Shown here: positions 50,901-60,963 of the stretch, one piece after another
How positions within the stretch are numbered: the first letter of the stretch is position 1
Layout of the letters: every line of letters begins with the position of its first letter
DNA from: an uncultured bacterium
Lineage (GTDB): Bacteria; Actinomycetota; Acidimicrobiia; Spongiisociales; UBA5794
DNA length: 64,000 nt
Reading direction: 5' to 3'
Assembly (NCBI GenBank): GCA_963801165.1
Contig: CAWDDT010000004.1
Coordinates: 672,001 to 736,000 of the forward strand
Position numbers and translations under genes: made by a program
The notes under the pieces: model-generated
What the model was told of the DNA's origin: nothing
Database searches by the model: none
Seen by the model: the letters and a program-made list of their open reading frames with translations, nothing else

Positions 50901-51266
50901 TCGAGATCCCGCCGGCCGCTCGCACCACTCTCGCCTCGTTGCGAGGCCAGACTAAGAGGACGGCTCCGTTATGGCCGCCCGCGGCGCTACGGTAGCAGTG
51001 GCTCTGCCGGGTCGGTAGCACGGCTGACCCAATCTGGCCATAGGTCTGCGCTCAAAATGTGGCCGCTCAACCACACAGAGGAGTTGCCGTTTCCTGCCAT
51101 GGACACTGAGAGTGGTCAACTGACCCATTTTTGTGACTAGTTAGTCGACTATAAGTCGAAATGGTCCGTTACTACGGGGGTTTGTGGGCCTAACATGCCC
51201 ATTGGGCTAGATACAGGAAGCTTTCGAAGCAGTCGTTTTGCAAAGCGTGAATTGGGGGCATCGGGG

Positions 51267-51968
51267 ATGCTGCAGGGTAGGATCGACCAAACGGTCGAAA
51301 GATCAGTCGTTGAGAGCGGGCCAGAGGCTCAGCCTCGTCTTCGTGTAGTTCCGGATATTGCCAAGAAGGGCCTGTACCAGGCGCTCTTCAAGCCGGCGAT
51401 CGACAGGGTCGGTGGCGTGATACTTTCCATTGTCACCTTTCCGATGCTGGCGGTGATCGTCCCGATGATCTGGTTGAAGCTCGGCCGGCCGGCCATCTTC
51501 AAGCAGGACCGCGTCGGGGCTGATGGTGAGATGTTCACCCTGTACAAGCTCCGCACCATGCTGCCGGATCGGCGCACGGGTCTGGTCCCGTTCGACGGTG
51601 CCGATCGCCGGGTCAACCACAAATCCCCGGACGATCCCAGGCACGTGCCGCTCGGCCGATTCCTCCGCAAGTGGAGCCTCGATGAATTGCCGCAATTCTG
51701 GAATGTGGCGCTTGGTGACATGAGCCTCGTCGGGCCGCGGCCCGAGCTTCCTGAGATTGTCGCCAAGTACGAGGATTGGCAGCATCGCCGCCATCAGGTC
51801 AAGCCGGGTATCACCGGTCTCTGGCAGGTGTCCGAGCGCGGTGACGTCCCCATGCACGAGGCGACGGACATCGATATCGAGTATGTCGAGTCGCTCAGCC
51901 TCGCATACGATCTACGGATCCTCATGCTCACCATCCCTGCTGCCCTCGGGTCGCAAAAGGGTCACTGA
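51267..51968 (+). CDS. Priming polyprenyl-phosphate phosphoglycosyltransferase (small, PglC-like)
   Basis: FKQDRVG, YKLRTM, DDPR, SLDELPQFWNV, MSLVGPRPE and KPGITGLWQV; start uncertain (51195-51267). Confidence 0.9.
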   Translation: MLQGRIDQTVERSVVESGPEAQPRLRVVPDIAKKGLYQALFKPAIDRVGGVILSIVTFPMLAVIVPMIWLKLGRPAIFKQDRVGADGEMFTLYKLRTMLPDRRTGLVPFDGADRRVNHKSPDDPRHVPLGRFLRKWSLDELPQFWNVALGDMSLVGPRPELPEIVAKYEDWQHRRHQVKPGITGLWQVSERGDVPMHEATDIDIEYVESLSLAYDLRILMLTIPAALGSQKGH

Positions 51969-51973
51969 GGCCC

Positions 51974-52009
51974 CCGCAAACCCATCCGCAAACCCATCCG
52001 CACACCCAT
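51974..52009. repeat. 12-bp tandem repeat CCGCA(A/C)ACCCAT x3
   Basis: Read directly just after the sugar transferase stop codon. Confidence 0.9.
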
Positions 52010-52096
52010 CGTTGGGCAAACATCGCCGGGTGCGCTCCTGATTCCGTTACGCTCCTGCCGGGCGCGCCGTCTGTCGCGCCGGCAACAGGAGGACAT

Positions 52097-52855
52097 GTGA
52101 CCTTTGCAGACAAAGCACCCGTGGTCGGCATCCCGATCTCCCTGACGTCATATGACGGAGTGATCGAGAGCTTGTCCAAGCGTCCCTCGGATCGTGCGAC
52201 TGTCGTCGCCGTGTGCAATGTTCATTCCGTGATGTCGGCGCGCCGGAATCCGGCACTACGCGAGGCGATCACCGCAGCCGAGATCGCCACCCCCGACGGC
52301 GTCCCGATTGTTTGGGGCCTACGGGCAACCGCCCGCAAGGAGCAGGCCAGGGTCTACGGCCCGGACCTGATGCGTAAGGCCTTCGTCGACGACGTGGGCT
52401 GGAAGCACTATTTGTACGGGAGCACGCCCGAGACGCTTGCGGAGCTACGCGCCAAGTTGAACGAGGTAGCACCGGCGGCCGAGATCGTAGGTGCGTTCTC
52501 GCCCCCATTCCGCGAGCTCACGGCGGATGAGACGGATGCGGCCATGGCGGACATCCGCGACAGCGGTGCCGACGTGGTATGGGTTGGGCTCGGGATGCCT
52601 AAGCAGGAGCTGTGGATGCACCGGATCCGGCCCGAGCTCCCGGGCGTTGCCCTGCTCGGGGTGGGGGCAGCGTTCGATTTCCTCGCCGGCACCAAGAAAC
52701 AGGCGCCGCCATGGATGCAGAGAGCGGGTCTGGAGTGGCTCTTCAGACTGGTCCAGGAGCCGCGCCGTCTCTGGCGACGCTACCTGTGGAACAATCCCGC
52801 CTACGCAGTCCTGCTGACACTCCAGGTCCTTCGCTACAAGCTGAAGCGCAACTGA
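52097..52855 (+). CDS. WecG/TagA/CpsF family glycosyltransferase (GT26)
   Basis: PDGVPIVW, RVYGPDL, VGLGMPKQE, VGAAFDF and GLEWLFRL.QEP.RL.RRY. Confidence 0.93.
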   Translation: MTFADKAPVVGIPISLTSYDGVIESLSKRPSDRATVVAVCNVHSVMSARRNPALREAITAAEIATPDGVPIVWGLRATARKEQARVYGPDLMRKAFVDDVGWKHYLYGSTPETLAELRAKLNEVAPAAEIVGAFSPPFRELTADETDAAMADIRDSGADVVWVGLGMPKQELWMHRIRPELPGVALLGVGAAFDFLAGTKKQAPPWMQRAGLEWLFRLVQEPRRLWRRYLWNNPAYAVLLTLQVLRYKLKRN

Positions 52856-52890
52856 GGCTCAAGCGCAACTGAGGCTGAAGCGCAACTGAG
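52840..52890. repeat. 17-bp tandem repeat GCT(G/C)AAGCGCAACTGAG x3 spanning the GT26 stop codon
   Basis: Copies at 52840, 52857 and 52874. Confidence 0.9.
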
Positions 52891-52902
52891 TCAGTCCCCG
52901 CC

Positions 52903-54603
52903 TCAGCTTTGCCGATCGTTGCCGTAGCTATTCCACTGCGACCAGGAGACCGAACGGTTGAACCAGAACCAGCCGGAGCTTCCCGAATAGGTGTTGTTCT
53001 CGAAACGATTGTTGGCGGAATAGACACCGTCGCCGCCGTAGTCCTGGGCGATCCCTGTCAGCCCGCTGTCGATGACGGTGTTGTCGTGGGCGTAATCATT
53101 GGTGAGGGTGTGCTCGCCGTATGTGCCCGAGCCCCGGTTCTGCCGTGTCATCGCGATGCCGTTGAAATTGCCTTCGAGCGTGTTGCCGTAGATCTCGACG
53201 TTTGGCGATGAGGAGATCATGATGCCGCCGCCCCAAAGCCACTGAGCATGGCCGAAGCCATTGCGTCGGATCACGTTGTTCCTTATCACCGCGTCGTAGC
53301 TGATCTCATGGAAGATGCCGTTGGCCCAGTTGTCCTCGACGGTGTTGTCCTCGTACAGCGTGTCGATGTTGTTGCCGTCCGCCCACAGACCGGGTGCGTG
53401 GTTGTGATGAGACCAGTTGCCACGGATGATCGTGCCCTCGGTATTCCATATCTTGAGACCCGCGGCATAGTTACCCCAATCCCAGACAGCGTCGGGGTTG
53501 TTGTATGCGATCGTGTTGTTCTCGATCAGGGCGCCATTGCTGTCGAGAACGCTCATCCCGGCTCGTCCATTGTGGTGGATGTTGTTGTTTCGCACCACCG
53601 GCGCACCGTTGTTGAGCCAGACCCCCGTGGTCCGGTTGTCGTGGATGTTGCAGCTCTCGACCAGCCAGTCGCCGCCCATCCCGGTGATGGCGCCGGCCCA
53701 GTCGCCTGACTGGTAGTTCTTGATCTCGATGTTGATGATCTGCACGCCCTTGGCCGAGGAGCTGAACGCTGAGCCGGCCCAGTTGTCGCCGTTCATCACG
53801 GCGCCGTCGCCGATGAACACCTGGTAGCTGCGGGGAGAGACCTGCTGGCCGTGGAACTCCCCGTGGATCATGAACACCGTGCCTTCGGAATGGCTGTTGG
53901 CGATGCTGTTGATGTCCTGACCGGCCCAGATGTCGACATCGACGTCGCCGACGTCGACACGCGGCTGCGGGGTGATCGGATCGAGCCCGGATGCCCGGGC
54001 GATGAACGTCGCCATCTCATCGCGGTGGACAGCGGAGGTCGGGCAGAATTTGTTATCGAGGGGCGGGTTGCAGCCCTTGGTGACGCCATTCGCTCTGAGG
54101 ATCTCGATCTGGTCCTCGAACACAGAATTGTTGTCGTCGGTGAACGGGTTTCCCGCGGTCGAGCCGTGCAGGTTGTACCCGCGCACGAGAAATGCCGCCA
54201 TCTGCTCCCGGGTGACGGAGTCGTTGGGACAGAAATTGCGGGTAGAGCAACCCTGGGTGATCCCGGCCGCGGCGAGCTTGTTGATCGAACTCTCAAATGG
54301 CGATCCGTTGTCGTCGGCGAACCAGTCGCGCCCACCATCCCAACTCAGGTTGAGAGCCCGGACGAGGAAAGCGGCCATCTCGCCGCGCGTCACCTTCCGG
54401 TCGGGGCAGTAGTGGTCGTTGACCGGGGGGTTGCATCCGGACGTGATCCCGGCCGCGGCGATGGCCTCGATGTAGCCCTCGTGGACGTTGCCATCGTCGT
54501 CGGTGAAGGTTCCCCCGGGTGGCAGCGCTGAGGCCGCTACGGCCGGAACCAGCAGTGCGACCGCCAACAGGAAAGCAAAACAAGCTTGTGACACGTTTCT
54601 CAT
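52903..54603 (-). CDS. Secreted protein with three N-terminal SLH-like repeats and a beta-helix domain
   Basis: Signal peptide; GITSGCNPP...CPDRKVTRGEMAAFL; beta-helix similar to 49284-50900 (PGLWAD, GIFHEISYDAVI). Confidence 0.85.
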   Translation of the reverse strand: MRNVSQACFAFLLAVALLVPAVAASALPPGGTFTDDDGNVHEGYIEAIAAAGITSGCNPPVNDHYCPDRKVTRGEMAAFLVRALNLSWDGGRDWFADDNGSPFESSINKLAAAGITQGCSTRNFCPNDSVTREQMAAFLVRGYNLHGSTAGNPFTDDNNSVFEDQIEILRANGVTKGCNPPLDNKFCPTSAVHRDEMATFIARASGLDPITPQPRVDVGDVDVDIWAGQDINSIANSHSEGTVFMIHGEFHGQQVSPRSYQVFIGDGAVMNGDNWAGSAFSSSAKGVQIINIEIKNYQSGDWAGAITGMGGDWLVESCNIHDNRTTGVWLNNGAPVVRNNNIHHNGRAGMSVLDSNGALIENNTIAYNNPDAVWDWGNYAAGLKIWNTEGTIIRGNWSHHNHAPGLWADGNNIDTLYEDNTVEDNWANGIFHEISYDAVIRNNVIRRNGFGHAQWLWGGGIMISSSPNVEIYGNTLEGNFNGIAMTRQNRGSGTYGEHTLTNDYAHDNTVIDSGLTGIAQDYGGDGVYSANNRFENNTYSGSSGWFWFNRSVSWSQWNSYGNDRQS

Positions 54604-54698
54604 GGTCGATGAACTTACTCGGACGGAAGTAGCCACCGCTTTAAGGAATCAATAAGTTTTCCTACAGCGTGCAAGTATTTATTTCCGGCGGGTGTTGA

Positions 54699-56081
54699 TT
54701 ACCAGTCCTGGTCTCGAACGGTCGGCGGTCTGACACCCCGACCCATGCCCTCGTAGACGAGACCCGCCTCGCGTACCCGGGAGGCGTCGAAGGCATTCCG
54801 CCCGTCGATCACGAGGTTCCCTCGCATGCGGTCGGCGATCACGGCGAAGTCGAGATCGCGCAGCTCGTCCCACTCGGTGAGCAGGACAACGGCGTCGGCC
54901 TGCTCTACGAGTGTGTACGGGTCGGTGGCCGTCTGCAGCCCGGGAAGCTCGGGGATCTGCTTGACCATCGGATCGTACGCTCTGACGATGGCGCCTCGCT
55001 CGGTGAGCGCCTGAGCGATCGTAATGGCCGGGGCATCGCGGGTGTCGTCGGTGTCCGGTTTGAAGGCTAGACCGAGCAATGCGATGCGGCTTCCACGGAG
55101 GGGGCGCAGATGCTGTTGCAGCTTTCGCACTAGACGGTGGCGCTGGTGCTGGTTGACGCGCTGCACGGCCTCGAGGATCAGCGGCTCCTGCCCGTGGGCC
55201 CGCGCCGTTGCGGCCAGCGCCTCGACATCCTTGCCGAAACAGGATCCACCCCAGCCGACGCCGGCGTTGAGGAACTTGGCGGAGATGCGGGAATCGAGTC
55301 CCATCGCATGGGCGACCTCGTTGACATCGGCGTTCACCCACTCGCAGATCTCGGCGATCTCGTTGATGAAGCTGATCTTGGTAGCGAGGAATGCGTTGGC
55401 CGCGTACTTGATCGTTTCGGCGGTCGACCGGTCGGTTGTGAAAAGGGTCGGCTTGGTTTCCATGGAGCCGCCCGGGAAGGTCTGGTCGAGGATCGGCCTG
55501 TAGGCAGCCACGACCTTATCCACCGCGCCCCTGTCGTCACCGCCGAGAACAATGCGCTCGGGGAAGAGGAAGTCCTTGACCGCTGAGCCTTCGCGCAGGA
55601 ACTCCGGGTTGCTGACGACGCTGAACACATTCATGTCGACATCGTCTGGGAGAACGCTTTCGATGGTGGATGTCAGCCAATTGCCGCTGCCGACGGGGAC
55701 CGTTGACTTGGTGACGATCACGTGTGGCGAATGCATCGCCGCGCCTATCGACTTTGCCGCAGACGTAACACTGGTCACGTCCGGGTGGCCGTTCTCGCCG
55801 GGAGGGGTGTCGACGCAAAGGAACACGACGTCGGCCTTGGCCATTGCCTCTTCGAAGTCACTCGTGAAGCTGAGACGACCCGACTCGATGCCCGCCCGTA
55901 GCCGCACGTCCAGACCGGGCTCATAAAAATACGAAGAACCGCTCTGGAGTTTGGCGAGCTTCTCCTCGTTTATCTCGATTGCAATTACCTCGTGGCCGAC
56001 TGCTGCCATGCAGGCGGCCACGACGGTTCCTACATACCCGCTGCCGACGACAGCAATGCCGTTTACCCCTTTGACTGCCAC
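54699..56081 (-). CDS. ugd: UDP-glucose 6-dehydrogenase
   Basis: GSGYVG, TKSTVPVG, SNPEFLREG, KYAANAFLA, GGSCFGKD and FKPDTDD.R. Confidence 0.93.
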   Translation of the reverse strand: MAVKGVNGIAVVGSGYVGTVVAACMAAVGHEVIAIEINEEKLAKLQSGSSYFYEPGLDVRLRAGIESGRLSFTSDFEEAMAKADVVFLCVDTPPGENGHPDVTSVTSAAKSIGAAMHSPHVIVTKSTVPVGSGNWLTSTIESVLPDDVDMNVFSVVSNPEFLREGSAVKDFLFPERIVLGGDDRGAVDKVVAAYRPILDQTFPGGSMETKPTLFTTDRSTAETIKYAANAFLATKISFINEIAEICEWVNADVNEVAHAMGLDSRISAKFLNAGVGWGGSCFGKDVEALAATARAHGQEPLILEAVQRVNQHQRHRLVRKLQQHLRPLRGSRIALLGLAFKPDTDDTRDAPAITIAQALTERGAIVRAYDPMVKQIPELPGLQTATDPYTLVEQADAVVLLTEWDELRDLDFAVIADRMRGNLVIDGRNAFDASRVREAGLVYEGMGRGVRPPTVRDQDW

Positions 56082-56402
56082 CTCTTACCCCCGATTTCTT
56101 CCGATTCCTGGCCACGTGTGACGGGGTCACTACGCAACGCTGAGTATACGGTCGCCGACCTTGCGTATCCGGTGGTTGGGCGTTGCCAGCTCACGCTGGG
56201 CTAGGTATCTAGCCATACGATACCCAACAGACCTCGCTGATAGGATCGGCAAGGAATACGGCCACACCTCGAGTCGCTTCCGGTCGGCCGGATCTTGACC
56301 CGGTTTCGATTAGTCCGCGTCGCTCAAAGCTACACCAGGACTAGGGTTCGGCCGTTCCCCGCGGGTTGCGTGGCCTCGAGGGTCTGAGAGATTGCAGGGC
56401 AG

Positions 56403-58229
56403 ATGGACAGAATCGCCGTATACGAGACAAACGAGCAGTTCGAGCCGACCGTTGCAGGCGCCGCCTGGCAGTATCGGTGGCTGGTGCTTCTCCTCGCCGT
56501 TGCGTTCGCCGGGCTCGGGTGGCTCTACGGGTCGGGCAACGATTCATACACGGCGACCTCGTCGTTGGGGGTCGAGGACCCTCGGGTGTCAAACCTGTTC
56601 ACCGTTGGTTTCGACGCCACACCGGACCGCTATGTGCGTAGCCAGGCGGAAATCGTTTCGTCTCGGGTGGTGGCCGCTCGGGCCGTGGAGCTCGGCGCCG
56701 AGGCCGATCCGCCGGTCGAGACCACAGTGGAGCACATCCTCAACGAGGCTCTCAGTGTCGACGCGGCCACCGATTCCGACCAGATCACGATCTCGTACGC
56801 CGGAACAACCGCCTATGAAGCGATCACGATGGCGAACGCTGTCTCCACCGCCTACCAGCAGGTCGGTCGAGATGCGGCCACCGCGGCCTTCGATGCTGCC
56901 GTGCTCGGGCTGGACTCACAGATCACCGAGCTGACCACCCAGGTGCGCGATGTCGAGGATCAGGTCCGTGATCTAGACGCCAGCGATTCGAGCGCGTTGG
57001 CCCTGGAGGCACAGCTGCAAACCGCGATATCGAAACTTCTCGTGTTTGAGTCGAGCTCACCATCGGCGACGCTCGATCAGCTCACGGAGAACGCGGCTCG
57101 TCTTGATGAGATCCGTCTCGAGATCGAGACCCTGCAGACGGCTCTCGCCAAGCAGGACACCAGCATCTCGCGGCAGTCGCTGCTCGACCAGCGCGATGAT
57201 CTTCGCCAGCGGCTGACCGGTCTTCAGGAGGTGCGCGACCAGAGGGAAGTCGACGCCCAGCTATCGACGAGCGGCGTCGTGTTCTCCGATCCGGCCGCGG
57301 TTGCCGAGAGCGGCAACATAGGCATCCCGGTTCTCGGCGGCTTCCTGTTCGGGGTCATCATCGGGTCCGCCATCGCCTTCCCCCTGTCGCGCAGCCGACG
57401 CCGTTTCGGTTCCCGGGTCGAGCCGCAGCGAGCTCTGGGCAGCCCGCTCATATCCGATGTCCCGAACTTCCTCGACGAGCGCCTGTCGACGAATCTGCCG
57501 GTCGTGGAGGCACCGGGCAGTGTCTCGGCCGAGGCTTTCAGGTTCGTCTCTACCGCGATCGCGGTACAGCGCGACCGCGTGGAGTCAACCGAGCCCGCCT
57601 TCCAGACGGTCGTAGTCACCTCAGCGCTCATCTCGGCGGGGAAGACGACGGTGGTCGCCAACAGCGCGTTCGCCGCGGCGTTGAGTGGCAGCAAGGTGCT
57701 GGTTGTCGATGCCGACTTCACCAGCCAGGAGCTGACGAGGATACTCATCGGTTCGGTGGCGCCCCGTCACGGTCTCGCCGACCTCATCCAGGGCAAGACC
57801 TCGCTCGAGGACGCCACGGTGAGCGTGAACATGGAAGGGGCCGGATCGGTGGATCTGCTCTCGTCGGGAACCCCCGATGTCGCCGCCGCCGATCTGCTGT
57901 CGCTGCCTTCGGTCGCGAGGGTATTCCGCGAGTGGGGCGAGCAGTACGACCTGATCCTCGTGGACGCACCACCGATCCTGAGCGTGGCCTATTCGACGAG
58001 CCTGGTTCGTCTGGCCGACCGGGTGATTGTGGTCACTGCCCACGGGCACGACTACTCGAGCACTCAGGATCTCCGCTACCAGCTCGACATGATCGGAACG
58101 CCGATGCTCGGCTACATCTACAACTTCGCTCCGTTGCGTGCCGAGATGACGCTGGTTGCCGGCTCGATGGCCCAGTGGGGTCAGGCGGCCACAGATCAGA
58201 CCGAACAGCACGAGAGCGCCGACAATTAG
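56403..58229 (+). CDS. Wzc-like polysaccharide co-polymerase with P-loop domain (copy 2)
   Basis: EPTVAGAAWQYRWLVL paralogous to copy 1; AGKTT, VDADF and VDAPP; no Tyr cluster. Confidence 0.85.
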   Translation: MDRIAVYETNEQFEPTVAGAAWQYRWLVLLLAVAFAGLGWLYGSGNDSYTATSSLGVEDPRVSNLFTVGFDATPDRYVRSQAEIVSSRVVAARAVELGAEADPPVETTVEHILNEALSVDAATDSDQITISYAGTTAYEAITMANAVSTAYQQVGRDAATAAFDAAVLGLDSQITELTTQVRDVEDQVRDLDASDSSALALEAQLQTAISKLLVFESSSPSATLDQLTENAARLDEIRLEIETLQTALAKQDTSISRQSLLDQRDDLRQRLTGLQEVRDQREVDAQLSTSGVVFSDPAAVAESGNIGIPVLGGFLFGVIIGSAIAFPLSRSRRRFGSRVEPQRALGSPLISDVPNFLDERLSTNLPVVEAPGSVSAEAFRFVSTAIAVQRDRVESTEPAFQTVVVTSALISAGKTTVVANSAFAAALSGSKVLVVDADFTSQELTRILIGSVAPRHGLADLIQGKTSLEDATVSVNMEGAGSVDLLSSGTPDVAAADLLSLPSVARVFREWGEQYDLILVDAPPILSVAYSTSLVRLADRVIVVTAHGHDYSSTQDLRYQLDMIGTPMLGYIYNFAPLRAEMTLVAGSMAQWGQAATDQTEQHESADN

Positions 58230-58390
58230 GAGGGTGCTGCTCAATCGCCGTGAAGGCTCGGCGGCCCGGTGCACCACCGTCGTGGACCACGCTTCGAGCC
58301 TGAAGTGGAATCATTCAGCACACTCCTCGCCGGAACGGTTCGCTCTGCAATTAGCCTTGGTGTGACGAAACTCGACCTAGCGAGGCCCTG

Positions 58391-59782
58391 GTGAAACGTA
58401 CCCTTATCAAGCACGTGCTGACGTCTGACGCCGTCGGCGAGCCGGTCAAGGTGGCCGGATGGGTGCGCACGAGGCGGGATTCCAAGGGCGGGTTCTCGTT
58501 CCTCGAGGTGAACGACGGGTCGTGTTTCTCAGGGCTGCAGGTGGTCGTCCCCGGCGAGCTCGACAACTACGAGTCGGAGGTGCTCCATCTCAGCATCGGG
58601 AGCGCAGTTGCCATCGAAGGCGAACTCGTCGAATCACCCGGCTCCGGGCAGGCCGTCGAGGTACGCGCCGGGCGGGTGATGGTCTACGGTCTCGCCGATC
58701 CCGATGAGTATCCGCTCCAGAAGAAGCGCATCTCGTATGAGAAGCTGCGTGACATCGCTCACTTACGACCCCGCACCAACACATTTGGTGCCGTAGCGCG
58801 GGTGCGGAACGCTCTTGCCTATGCGACCCACCGGTTCTATCAGGAACGCGATTTTCTGTATCTGCACACACCGATGATCACCTCCAGCGATGCCGAGGGT
58901 GCCGGGGAGATGTTTCAGGTGACAACCCTCGACCCGGCGTCGCCTCCGCTGCTGGACGGTCAGGTCGATTACGAGCAGGACTTCTTCGGCAAGCCGACGT
59001 ATTTGACGGTCAGCGGCCAGCTCTCAGCGGAGGCGTATGCCTGTGCCCTCGACAGGGTCTATACGTTCGGTCCGACTTTCCGGGCTGAGAACTCCAACAC
59101 CCGACGCCATCTGGCGGAGTTCTGGATGATCGAGCCCGAGGTTGCCTTCGCCGACCTCTCCGACAACGCTGATCTCGCTGAGGACTACATCCGCTTCATG
59201 TTCCAGTACGTGCTGGAGGAGTGTTCCGACGACCTCGCGTTCTTTGACAAGTGGGTGCAGGAAGGGCTGCTGGACCGGCTTGGAACCCTGGCCACCAGCG
59301 AGTTTCGTCGCATCACATACACGGAGGCGGTTGCGGCGCTCGAGAAGTCGGGGGAGTCGTTCGAGTTCCCGGTGAGCTGGGGGAGCGATCTCCAATCCGA
59401 GCACGAGCGCTACCTCACCGAGGTGATCTTCAAACAGCCCGTAGTGGTCACCGATTACCCGAAGGACATCAAAGCCTTCTACATGCGACGCAACGACGAT
59501 GGCAAAACCGTCGCCGCCATGGACGTGCTGTTGCCCGGTGTCGGCGAGATCGTCGGCGGCAGTCAGCGTGAGGAACGCCACGACGTGCTGCTCGAATCGA
59601 TCCGGGAGAAAGGTCTGCCGGAGAAGGATTACTGGTGGTACCTCGATCTGCGCCGCTTCGGAACGGTGCCGCACTCCGGGTTCGGTCTCGGCTTCGGCCG
59701 CATGGTCCAGTTCACGACCGGCATGCAGAACATCCGCGACGTGATCCCGTTCCCGAGAACCCCCAACTCCGCGGAGTTCTGA
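58391..59782 (+). CDS. asnS: Asparagine--tRNA ligase
   Basis: [49 protein letters not shown] and PFPRTP. Confidence 0.96.
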   Translation: MKRTLIKHVLTSDAVGEPVKVAGWVRTRRDSKGGFSFLEVNDGSCFSGLQVVVPGELDNYESEVLHLSIGSAVAIEGELVESPGSGQAVEVRAGRVMVYGLADPDEYPLQKKRISYEKLRDIAHLRPRTNTFGAVARVRNALAYATHRFYQERDFLYLHTPMITSSDAEGAGEMFQVTTLDPASPPLLDGQVDYEQDFFGKPTYLTVSGQLSAEAYACALDRVYTFGPTFRAENSNTRRHLAEFWMIEPEVAFADLSDNADLAEDYIRFMFQYVLEECSDDLAFFDKWVQEGLLDRLGTLATSEFRRITYTEAVAALEKSGESFEFPVSWGSDLQSEHERYLTEVIFKQPVVVTDYPKDIKAFYMRRNDDGKTVAAMDVLLPGVGEIVGGSQREERHDVLLESIREKGLPEKDYWWYLDLRRFGTVPHSGFGLGFGRMVQFTTGMQNIRDVIPFPRTPNSAEF

Positions 59783-59809
59783 GAGCCATTGGTTTTGCGG
59801 CTTTTCACA

Positions 59810-60024
59810 AGGCCCCCATCGGCCTCGCTTCGCTTGGCCACTTCCCCCAGAGGGGGAAGGAGGGGGTGGCAGTGGTCTGGAGCTCTTCATGAGGCCCCCA
59901 TCGGCCTCGCTTCGCTTGGCCACTTCCCCCAGAGGGGGAAGGAGGGGGTGGCAGTGGTCTGGAGCTCTTCATGAGGCCCCCATCGGCCTCGCTTCGCTTG
60001 GCCACTTCCCCCAGAGGGGGAAGG
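59810..60024. repeat. REP-like tandem repeat: three copies of a 51-bp palindromic core with identical 31-bp linkers (82-bp period)
   Basis: Cores start at 59810, 59892 and 59974; each contains CTTCCCCC-aga-GGGGGAAG; lies between convergent asnS and fcl. Confidence 0.92.
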
Positions 60025-60030
60025 GTGGGA

Positions 60031-60963
60031 CTACGACTGGTGTGATTCCCACCAGTCGATCGTCTTGCGGAGCCCTTCTTCGAGACCCGTCTCGGCTTCG
60101 AAGTCGAACAGCTTCTTCGCCCTCGTTGTATCGAGCTTGCGTCTCGGCTGCCCGTCTGGCTTTGTCGTATCCCAGACGACGTTGCCCTCGTAGCCGGTTA
60201 GTCGGGCGATCAGTTCGACGAGGTCGCGGATGGTTATCTCGTGGCTGGTGCCGAGGTTCACCGGCTGCTCGCCGTTGAACTTCTCGGTTGCCATCACGAC
60301 CGCACGTGCGGCATCCTCGACATAGAGGAACTCTCGTGACGCCGAGCCCGTGCCCCATGCCACAACCTCGGGCGACCGATCGTTACGGGCGGCGACAAAC
60401 TTTCGGATCAGCGCGGGTATGACGTGCGAGCTCTCGAGGTCGAAGTTGTCCCGAGGTCCGTAGAGGTTCACGGGGAGGAGATAGATCCCGTTGAGGTGGT
60501 ATTGCTGGCGGTAAGCCTGGAGCATCACAAGCAAGCTCTTCTTGGCGACGCCGTACGGGGCATTCGTCTCTTCGGGGTAACCCTTCCACAGGTCTTCCTC
60601 GCGGAACGGAACAGGGGCGAACTTCGGGTAGGCGCACACCGTTCCGACCTGTACGAACTTCTCTATCTTGTTTTTCCGGGCCTCTTCGATGAGATGAAGC
60701 CCCATCGCCATGTTTGCGTAGAAGTAGCGGCCCGGGTTTGCCCGGTTGGCGCCGATACCCCCGACCTCGGCTGCCAGGTGGATCACCATGTCGGGATCGG
60801 TGTCCTTGTAGAGCTGCCGCACCGCATCCTGCTCGGTCAGGTCATATTCGGCGCTGCGCGGCACGAACAGCTCGCCGGCGCCCTCGTTGCGGAGTCGCTC
60901 GCAGATGAAGGAGCCGAGGAACCCGGCTCCGCCCGTGACGACGATGCGTTTTCCGTCGATCAC
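60031..60963 (-). CDS. fcl: GDP-L-fucose synthase
   Basis: [46 protein letters not shown] and KPDGQPR; GTG start overlaps the gmd stop (alternative start 60981). Confidence 0.92.
   Translation of the reverse strand: MIDGKRIVVTGGAGFLGSFICERLRNEGAGELFVPRSAEYDLTEQDAVRQLYKDTDPDMVIHLAAEVGGIGANRANPGRYFYANMAMGLHLIEEARKNKIEKFVQVGTVCAYPKFAPVPFREEDLWKGYPEETNAPYGVAKKSLLVMLQAYRQQYHLNGIYLLPVNLYGPRDNFDLESSHVIPALIRKFVAARNDRSPEVVAWGTGSASREFLYVEDAARAVVMATEKFNGEQPVNLGTSHEITIRDLVELIARLTGYEGNVVWDTTKPDGQPRRKLDTTRAKKLFDFEAETGLEEGLRKTIDWWESHQS

Noticed and set aside
59810-60024. CRISPR array
   Set aside because: The linkers are identical, the 51-bp core is long for a CRISPR repeat, and no cas genes are present in the window.
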